Assembly: GCA_028023455.1 (NCBI GenBank)
Contig: JAQFVV010000009.1
Coordinates: 2,294,001-2,358,000, forward strand
DNA: 64,000 bases
Source of the DNA: Epiperipatus broadwayi
Taxonomy: Eukaryota > Animalia > Onychophora
Direction: 5' to 3'
Shown here: in pieces, positions 54,670 to 64,000 of the stretch
How positions within the stretch are numbered: the stretch's first letter is position 1
How the letters are laid out: every line of letters begins with the position of its first letter
The notes under the pieces: generated by a model
The model's database searches: none
The model's input: the letters and a program-made list of their open reading frames with translations, nothing else
Told to the model about the DNA's origin: nothing
Position numbers and translations under genes: made by a program

Positions 54670-56470
54670 CAGCACAATAATATATATTAAAAAGAACAAA
54701 GATTTGTTTTGTTACCTGGCACAGGTTTTGCTATAAGATACACATGCAGATCAACAAATTAAACAGTTAATCAACTCATATAATCTGAAAAGGTCCAAGA
54801 ATAATTTTATTTTCACTATGCTATGCAAGTTTTATAACAAAGCCTTTTCCAAGTGTGAATATTTCAATTCTCTGCTGCCATTCTATCCTGACTATTCATG
54901 AATATTAAGCTAGAGATGGAAGAACACCCCCTTCACTTAATGATCAATTTTGAGAGTGCCGACTACTATAAGGCCTCCCAAATGATTGGTGAGGGACTTA
55001 GTTTGCTAATTTAGATTCAGCTGATTCACTCTTAAGTCTTCATTTGAAAATGTGTCTCAAATCAAAGATATATAACTCAATGAACAGCATCATGTGGCAT
55101 TGTTAGGCATTACCAAGCAACATAAAAATACCATGCAGCTATCAATTCAAATCATTAAAGAATCTCTCAGCAAGATTAATTACAACGTGCTTAAAACAGA
55201 ATTTATTCTTACATGTTTACATTGGATACACAATAACATCAGAGCTACATTTAACAATGACTTTTGCAAAATGGACAAAGGCTGGCCTATAGGATTTCCT
55301 ATTAGTGAGATTATCTCAAGCCTCATTCTCAACAAATATGAAGAAGACATATTACCTCAATACCTTGATTCCAGTCCTTCCATCCTATATTTGTGCTATG
55401 GGGTGATGATGTGCTTATTTACACTTCTAATGCTCAAATCAACAGCCTACAAACCTCCCTCTTGCAAGCATCATTTTTAACATGGACCCAGAAAAATGAG
55501 GATAACCACCAAGGCATCAAGTTCCTTGACCTTTACATTCAATGAGAAATTATCCATCTTAATTATAAAATACTTATTAAGCCTATAAATATCCATAGTG
55601 CCATATACTCTTAAACCATCACTACAAAATTTCACAAGCTAGCTGGCTTAAAATCTTTTTTATATCATAATCATCATTTGTGTAAGTTCAAGTCAGATAA
55701 AAAAAATAACATTTATATTTATCTTGGACTTGTTGCATCATCAGTTACAAAAACAAAATCTTAACTCAAACAATAAAATTTTTTTATTTTAAACTTAGAC
55801 ACCCTCCCCCAGTAGCTGATAACGAATTCTGGTCTTCATTTCCATACATTCCTAAACTTACTCATTGCATTACTAAAATTTGTTCTGCAATTCACCAAAC
55901 TGTTCTATGCACTCTTCTCCCTCAGAACTGACTTATTAACAACACAAAATATATTCTCTCATCAAACAAAAAATTATAAATTGTATACAAAATTACTTAC
56001 CCTCACACTAACTGCCACATTGTACATTATTGGTGAATTGAAGGCCAACTTGTCTACTCAATTAGCACAACACCAATACATATACAATCATCCTCAAACC
56101 CAAATAGATGCCAAATCAATTTTTTATCACCAGTTCACTTCTGGCCACTGCTTTGAGCCTACATCTGTGACTATTGTAAGACTAGAGTGCAATAACATCA
56201 AGTGTAAACTGAAAGAGGCCTGTCACATCACAAGAGATAAGAACGCGATTAATAAGAAAGATTCCAGTATTCCCCTTTCTAAAATATGGCCTACTCAAAT
56301 AAATAATTAGCCATTCAGTTATCCTGATCATCATTCATATTTCTTTAATAAACCATGAAATCTTCTTCTCTCTGTCAATTGCCAGGACTATGACTAGTAT
56401 AACTTAGTCGAAAGTGCATTAAGCAAAAATTGATAACTTTATAGATTTTAAGCTTACCTTGAATACATTT
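54670..56470 (+). mobile_element. Penelope-like element 2 (RT + GIY-YIG + 3' end), decayed
   Basis: IRATFNNDFCKMDKGWPIGFPISEIISSLILNKYEE; IKFLDL; GIY-YIG LYIIGELKANLSTQLAQHQ...SGHCFEPTSVTIV...KLKEACHITRDKNAINK. Confidence 0.9.
56379..56426 (+). ncRNA. Hammerhead-like motif, A3-U8 variant (U4G and stem I/III changes in this copy)
   Basis: UUGCC-AGGACUA-U-GACUA(GUAUAACU)UAGUC-GAAA-GUGCAU-UA-AGCAA. Confidence 0.55.
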
Positions 56471-56559
56471 TTGCATATATTTATTTACATAATAATAAAT
56501 GATATTTTTAATTTAAGGCCTTATAATATTTATAATAATAAAACCTTACCATATGAAAT

Positions 56560-56900
56560 AATTAAACAGTTCTAAACCATGGTTTTCTGTAGATATCATT
56601 CTTTTAATATATTTCTGAATGTCTGATTTGTTCCTCCAAAAATGATAGCTATACTCCTGGTGCACCAGTGATGTTAGAAAATACAGCAGCATTGGTGATG
56701 TTAGATAGTGTATACTTTCAATAGGTCTTGGATCACTTTTAAAGCACACTCCACCTCTTTCTTCACAGCATTATTAAAGTAGGCATCAACTGATTTTAGA
56801 AAACTTCAGCATTAGTGTCTGGATCTAATTGCATTTTCTGGGTGTTTAGACTGGTGTGGTTTTTGGTTATCTAGCAATACATTGTAGGTAGGTTTTTTGT
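56560..56900 (-). mobile_element. Unclassified coding-derived fragment, possibly an SGNH-type LINE ORF1
   Basis: Broken frames VFSNITGAPGV and AIIFGGTNQTFRNIL resemble SGNH PGA / GGTND blocks. Confidence 0.2.
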
Positions 56901-58689
56901 TAGATAAAATTACCATACTTACTGTTATAAATGAAGTATTGAAAATACTAGGAAATCATCAGCAAGATATAATTATCCAAGTTATGGTGGAAAACAGATT
57001 TAACCAATGGTTTCTCTTCTTAACATGGAATCACAGTAATTTTTGAGATGAGTCTTCAGATAAAACTAAAGTAAACTAGATTGTCTGACTAAAGTAGACC
57101 ATACTACCTTAGTTGCTTGTTTCTTCCCTATGTATACTCACCTAATGATTGTTTTTCAAACTATATTAATCACTATCTAGTTACAAGATATGACTTCTGT
57201 TTCTTAACAACATGTTTTTTAAAAAACATTTTCTTTATTCCCTTCACAACATGTTGTGGAAACAATTTACAGATATTATATCATTATTTGATAAATAAAT
57301 CAATGAAAGAAAAAAAAATGTTTCTCTCTTTAGTTAGCAGTAAAAAAAGAAAGAAAAAATCATTGTTGACTTTTAAAACTTGATTGATAATTTTTAAAAT
57401 ATTATTAACTCCAAAATTTTAATGTCATATTTAGACTTGCTATAAAATTTATTTTAGAAACTGACAAACTGTTTAATTAAAATTCATTTATAAAAAAGCA
57501 AATGAAAAAAGGTACAAAATACTTTAGATTTTTATAAAGTATAAAATTCCAACTCCTTGCACATATTAAAACATTTTTTCTTTCTTACTTTACATTGCAA
57601 TTTATCATTTTATTGTTTCTCACATATTACTAAGTAACTTCATAAAATATTTAATAATATGATTAAATATATAAAGTAACTTCTTTTAAATTTTAGACAG
57701 TTTACACATTTCTCAATTTATACAAATTCATTATTAGATTTTTTTTCATGCAGCTTTGTAATATAACTAAAATTTGAGCTGCCATCAGATTTGTTGATTT
57801 TAAAAAAGATATTTATTTAAATTTCAAAATAATTAATATTAAAGCTTAATAATAATTAATAATATGAAAAATGTTATAAAAATCCCATAATTTCATATAC
57901 TGTATATATATATTCAGAACACAATTTCTCCTACATTAAAAGATATATTATAAAAATTGTAAATATTTCCAAATGTCATAAAATTCAATAACTTGTATTA
58001 TTAAGAAAAATCAGTTCATACACAATCATCCATGTATGATTCATAAGTATTAGCATTCCTGTTAAATCACATCTGCTATCAATTGCACAAAGAATATTAT
58101 TATTTAAAAAACCATTAGAGAAACATTGCAAGCATTAGCATATAACAAAATTAACATTCCAACCAATAGAAAATGAATAGAAAAATTTTAAAATATAAAT
58201 GTGAGAATGGAATGCTATTTGGATTAGTGAGTTTTTTATGTATCATTATATTTGTTAATAAAATCATGTTTCTTAAGGATTTCAATGGCTTACCTGATAA
58301 TTTTCTTTAGTGGAAAGTGTCATATTTGAATAGCATTATAATGTTGTAACTAAAATTTGTAACATGAAATAAGAGTGATGATGAGAATAAGTGCTGTTTT
58401 ACTGTATTAACATATCTCATCTTGCTCTGATATTGTGATTACTCATATTTTCATAAGAGGCTCCTGAAAGAGAAGATAGTCCTTAGACTTGTACATAATG
58501 TTACAATTTTTTGATTAATAGTATATGTTGTTTTTATGTTATAGTATTTAAAATATGCCCAATACTATCTGTAATTCCTTTTATATAAGAAATACATGCT
58601 TTAAAAATTATACTTTGTTCTTTTTTTGGTTTTCATTATGACTATTTTTGTCATTATGACTATTTATAGCCTGAATAAAGACTTTCTTT

Positions 58690-58803
58690 ATGATTCCATT
58701 ATTAGAACCATTAACTAATATTATTTTTTTCAGATAAATTATATCTATAAGAAAAAATAAATTATGTAATATTTTATTAGTTAATGGTTATAATAATGGA
58801 ATC
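58690..58803. repeat. Small fold-back (MITE-like)
   Basis: TGATTCCATTATTAGAACCATTAACTAATA mirrored by TATTAGTTAATGGTTATAATAATGGAATCA. Confidence 0.75.
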
Positions 58804-59641
58804 ACAACAAAACAAAATGGTCATAAGAAAAACAAGAGAAGAAAAATTATAACTTCTAAAATGCTACAACTTATAAACAACATATACCACAAATTACAAA
58901 ATTGATAATATTCTGTACAGGCCTAAGTTCACAATCCCTCTTGAGATGCATGAAGTTTATAAAATTCTGTATGCATTTTGTAGAGCATTTACACATGTAT
59001 AAGCAATCATTGCATCAATGCTAGATAAACATGTTAGTGCAGTAAAGCAGCACTCATCATCACTGTTTTCTTCCCATGTTATGGATATTATTCACAATAT
59101 ACATTTTTCACCACCAGATTCCTATTCAGATGTGTTATTCTCCACCAAAAAAACCAGTCAGATCAAACATTGAAATCTTTTAGAAATCTAATTTTATTAA
59201 CAAATGGGATGATAAGTATCTTTCATTTAGAAAATAAATTTTTAAAATACATTAATCTAAATAGCTGTTGATTTTTATATTGGTACCTTATCTATTATTA
59301 TTCTAATCTTCACTTCTATATTTTAAAAGCTTCCAGTCATTGTTTTCTATTGGTTGAATCTTTAATCTTGTAATATATTAATGTTTACATCACTTCTACA
59401 ATATAGCAAGTAATATCCTTCCAAAGTATAGATAGAATAGTACTATAAATCATACAAGGATAAACCCAGATAATATGTTATTTGTATGTATAGTCCATGA
59501 AAATTTTTATTTTAGCATATACATCTATATAAGTGCTAACTGATAAATATTTATTAAATAGAATAAACAAAACTCATCAAAATATTCACTACCTTAATAC
59601 TTTGAAATAAAGTTATTGTTTTTGCTTCACCTTCAAGAAAT

Positions 59642-59767
59642 GGTAAGTTTAAATTGCGCTAGGCTATGAATATGGAGACCTAAGTTCCCCGACAGCGCTA
59701 AGCCTGATAATTCTTATAATAATACTAAGCTTCACATTTTTGTGTAAAGCGCAATTTAAAACTTACC
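59642..59767. mobile_element. Small TIR element (MITE-like)
   Basis: GGTAAGTTTAAATTGCGCT ... AGCGCAATTTAAAACTTACC terminal inverted repeats. Confidence 0.7.
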
Positions 59768-62700
59768 TTAATACTTTGTTTACTGAAATAAATATACATA
59801 CATATATATTCAAATTTAAAATATGCAGCAAACTTTTATTTTCATACAAAAATATTCTTTATCAGTTTTCTTTTCAATAATTTTGGATCACCTATATTAA
59901 ATCATTTGATATTTTACAATATCTTATTGAGTTTATAGTTACTAGGCTGATCTTTACAAATAATAGTTCTTTATTAATTGTGCATTTTAATTCATTATAA
60001 ATTTAGTAATGATCAGCTTTCGTTAGTAATATGTTTCCACCAGTTTTTAAGATCTTAGATCAGAATTCATTAAAAATTAAATAATCATAAATGCTAGAAA
60101 TGAAATGATCCAAGAACTTTATACTCCAGTCACTTTGCCATTGTGTTATCCATGCTAGCAATAAGATTAATGTATTTTGGCATAGAACAGATAACTGGTG
60201 TTTTTTAACACACAGATACTGCTTTTGATGAGATTATTCCAGCTGCACATTCATTGCCCGAGGAACTCATAAACTAAATACCACTTTTTTACTCAACAAT
60301 CCATTCTGAGGATGAAACCCTTGTAGATATTTTTGTTAGTATTTGTTAGAAAAATATAATGAAAATTATTACTTTCCAATGCAGGTCTGATATTTACCAT
60401 CCTCATAGTGAATTGATAATTGCTTCATTACTTTTTATTATTTGCTATTACACTATTAATGTTTTTAATATAGACCTATATATATTCATATATTATATAT
60501 TTTAAATAATATATATATTTTATTTTAAAACTTTTATCGTTCCAGGATAATCATATCATTAATCATTACTTTTCCTAAAATATTACATTATATCTTTGCT
60601 AGAAAGAGTAATGAAAAGAAATATACAAAAAAAAGTTACTTTCATTTAAATGAATAGATTAACAAAAAATTAAAATTATCATAAAATATCTTGAACTACC
60701 TTAAAGATTCCGAGAGGTTATAAATAATTTTTGCCTATTAATCTATATTTGTTTTTTTTCCCTAGAATAATAATAAAGCAAAAAAAAAAAACACACACAC
60801 ACCAACTTTGGTTTATTTTATTTAAAGTGATAAAAACAAATGTTATTGCATAATATATTTATAAAAAATCTAGTACATAGTTATACAATACAATCATGGG
60901 ATGTCCAAAATTTGAGAGAAAAGTACTGCAGACATGAGTAAGAAAAAAAGAAAACTTCAAGAAGTTTCCCCTTAGTTCTTATTTTAATAGTGATAAGGAA
61001 ATATTAATCATTTTAATATATTTACTTCCACTGATTATTTTTAATCTATTTTTTAATCCACTTAAAGGTGCCTACTGTGGTCATAAAACATTTAAAGATA
61101 ATTAGTCAAAATGTAGACTTATCATTATTACAAAAATGATCCTAAATAATAATATTAACATTTAAAATATATCCCATTAATTGCAAAACTGAAAATGGGA
61201 TGTATTTGATAGAATGAAACTGGTTCAGCACGAAATGCTTTGAGAATGAACATGATATATTGTTACCGAAGTTTGGTAATTACTTTATTACAAAATTAAA
61301 ATTATTATCAAAAGACAATTGAGTCAAAACAATAAGAAGTATTTGATGGTAATTTAAGAAAAACCAAAATTTATTTGATATATAGGGTATATTGTACTTA
61401 TACATATGAACTTTCCAGTTGTTTAATAGAATATAGAAATGATAAGCAATATTATGTTTATTTGGCTGAATTATCATACTGATTATCAGTATGATAAACT
61501 TGTTATAAGTAAGTTAATAATATCTTGGTCATGAGAACTGTTTTTAGTTTACTTCAAGAAAATAATTTAATGCTAATATAATGCGCAGCCACCAGTTCTA
61601 TTAATCTACCTAGAAATTATCGCTGAGCAAAAGAAAACTAATACATAAAAAATAAAGTGTTTACATTTTTCTTGAATTTATATTTATTAAATTAAATAAA
61701 ATCAATTAAGCAATATATTTTGCAACAAAAGTTATTTATTTATCAAAACAATATCAATTATTTAACAAAAAAATATATACAGGGTAATAGATCTAATGAA
61801 ATGTCTTATTTATGTATAAATTTAAGGGTCCGTATAAATTGTAGAAGTTATGGCAAATGTATGTAAAATATTGCTTACTTGCATTTCATACTCATTTCGT
61901 ATATGAACTACTTCTTGCTTTCTTTTATTTTACACATTTTTTTTATTGAAAAATATATTATTTTCTTTATTTTATTTAACATAACTTTGCAGCTGAAAAT
62001 TCCACAATAATTATGGACATTTCTTATGAACTTTCATTTCCGCATTAATTTTATTTGTTGTTGATATATATATTGATTAAATAATTGATATTATTTTAGC
62101 AAATTTATTGCAATATATATATTATATTTTATTATACCTTCCATCAGTTTGTTAGTATATACATTATACTTGTATTGCAATATTAATATACTTTTGCAAC
62201 TGTAAATTTAAAATATACACATTTTATTGTTTGTCCATTAGTTGTTGGTTGTTGTTTTTTTAGTTCTATGGTAAGTTTTATGTAGTTCCATCCAGCAGGT
62301 AAATTTTACACTATATTAAGCACCAATAATTTTATATGAATGACTATTTTGGACAATTTTTATTGCATAATAAGTTTTAATTTTTATAATCTTTAACAGA
62401 CTGTTTTCATTTTATTTTTATCATTTTAATTTACTAGTAGTTGGTGCAACACCTAAGCTCAAATTTTAAGCAGATGTTTGTTTAAGTAATGGACTTACCA
62501 ATATAGTTAATTATCCAATTATTGGCCAACAAATGGGCATCTAGATATTTTTATTTATAGGATAAAACAAGGCTTGTTGATTATGTAGTTGCTAATTCTA
62601 GTAAATAATATTTTTCATCATTGTTTCTCTATGAGTGGGTTAACAGGGCCGTTTTTTTTTACTAATGCAGATATTAAAAGTAAGCTGAAAAAAATCATAT

Positions 62701-62999
62701 GATTTTTTGTTTAGTAAATAGAAACATCAAAATATATGTAATTTCCATTAAGCATAGATAAACACTGGAAGTAGTAATCATTTATTACTTAAATTCTGTG
62801 GCTAAATAATAATCCTGTAAATTTAAGTTTAATTAATCACTTTATAAATCCAAGAAGTAAAGAAGCAGTTGCAACATAAAAAAAAAGTAAAAACAAAAAA
62901 GAAGACAGAAAGAAAGAAATATTGAAGACTATATAAAAGTTAAAAGGTAGAATAATAGTTTTTAAGTCTATTGCAGCAGAAGAAACATAACATATCTTA

Positions 63000-63450
63000 T
63001 TAAACATTCAGATTTAGTCTACAACTATTATCAATCATCCAGAAAACACTTACATATTATTCCTGCTTACTAACATACATTAGATAAACCCCAATAATCT
63101 CATATAATACTGTCCCAAGAAAATAAACTTTACTAATATTTCTTCTTGTAAATATAAGCCAATTAAAATTAACATTTGTCCATGATTTATTATTTTCAGA
63201 AATGTCATTCAACACTTGAAATTTTGTTATCTTACTGTTTATTGCTATATACCTAAATGGTTAGAAATATAATAATAGATCAAGAATCCATATCAGCCTC
63301 TTATAGCTGTTAAATAATGATTGCTGTTGCTGATTTTAAAATCCAGTAAGATGTTAAATATAATTATAGAAATCTAAAGTGCTGCAAAATCATGTCATTT
63401 CCTGAGAGGGTTGATGTTATCATAGATAAATTAATCATCATAAAGAATTT
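63000..63450 (-). pseudogene. Possible further IR-like remnant (M3/S2 start)
   Basis: YLTSYWILKSATAIII*QL*EADMDS followed by FLTI...KISSV(N)DISENN resembles IR M3 followed by I.S+.DL. Confidence 0.22.
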
Positions 63451-64000
63451 TTAACTATGCCATTGCAGAATGAACAAGAATATTAATATTTTTTTATGGT
63501 GGACAAATTCAAGTGTGGATGGCAGATGATTCTGTAAAAATAAATGTTTTCCTTTTTGTGATCATTTTGTAAATTTAAAATGTTATATGGCCTTAATAAC
63601 ATGTTAGAGTGCTCACACTTATAATCTGAGTTCAGATCTAAAAGGTAAACACTGACTCAGAATCTTAAAAAGTGTAAAATATTTTCCTCCCTAAAAGCTG
63701 CAGTATATTATTTTTTGCTTTTGTTGATAATGCATTGGCATTTATTTAACCAATTCAAACAAACTTCTAACTAATAACATCTAGATATTTATTTACTGAG
63801 GAACACTGGATGACTATCTAAAATGGCTATGGTTGCCCACCTAAAAAAAATTTAAGTCTGTTCATGACTCAATGCTTATTTAGTTTTAACCAATATAATC
63901 TTAGGAATAAAAGACTGATATGGGAACTATTATGTCATTAAATTAAAAAACTAATCCAATACTAATTGACAAATGGATATTTATTTTGAGAGAGCCTCCA

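Noticed and set aside
58358-58505. TGTAACAT...ATGTTACA solo-LTR-like ends
   Set aside because: Only ~148 bp, flanks (AATT versus ATTT) are not an exact TSD, and no second copy is present.

Overview
Very AT-rich, repeat-dense eukaryotic DNA, probably from an arthropod (inferred from chemoreceptor-like remnants and the transposon spectrum). I see no intact protein-coding gene; most ORFs in the track are microsatellite or AT-bias artefacts, or transposon fragments. The window holds decayed mobile elements: three Penelope-like elements (PLEs), several non-LTR retrotransposons (RTE-like and CR1/Jockey-like), a Ty3/gypsy remnant, a hAT transposase remnant, MITE-like fold-backs and satellites. It also has what look like tandem divergent ionotropic-receptor (IR) pseudogenes on the minus strand. 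The most interesting signal is a set of minimal type-I hammerhead ribozyme motifs, most of them at PLE 3' ends. Their core positions 3 and 8, which form a tertiary base pair, occur as C3-G8 (32033), U3-A8 (34846, 5722) and A3-U8 (53854, 56384), which looks like compensatory covariation rather than decay. One PLE fragment forms a near-perfect ~1.1 kb palindrome with a 7-nt spacer. All translations and alignments were done by eye; element boundaries are approximate and no database search was run.
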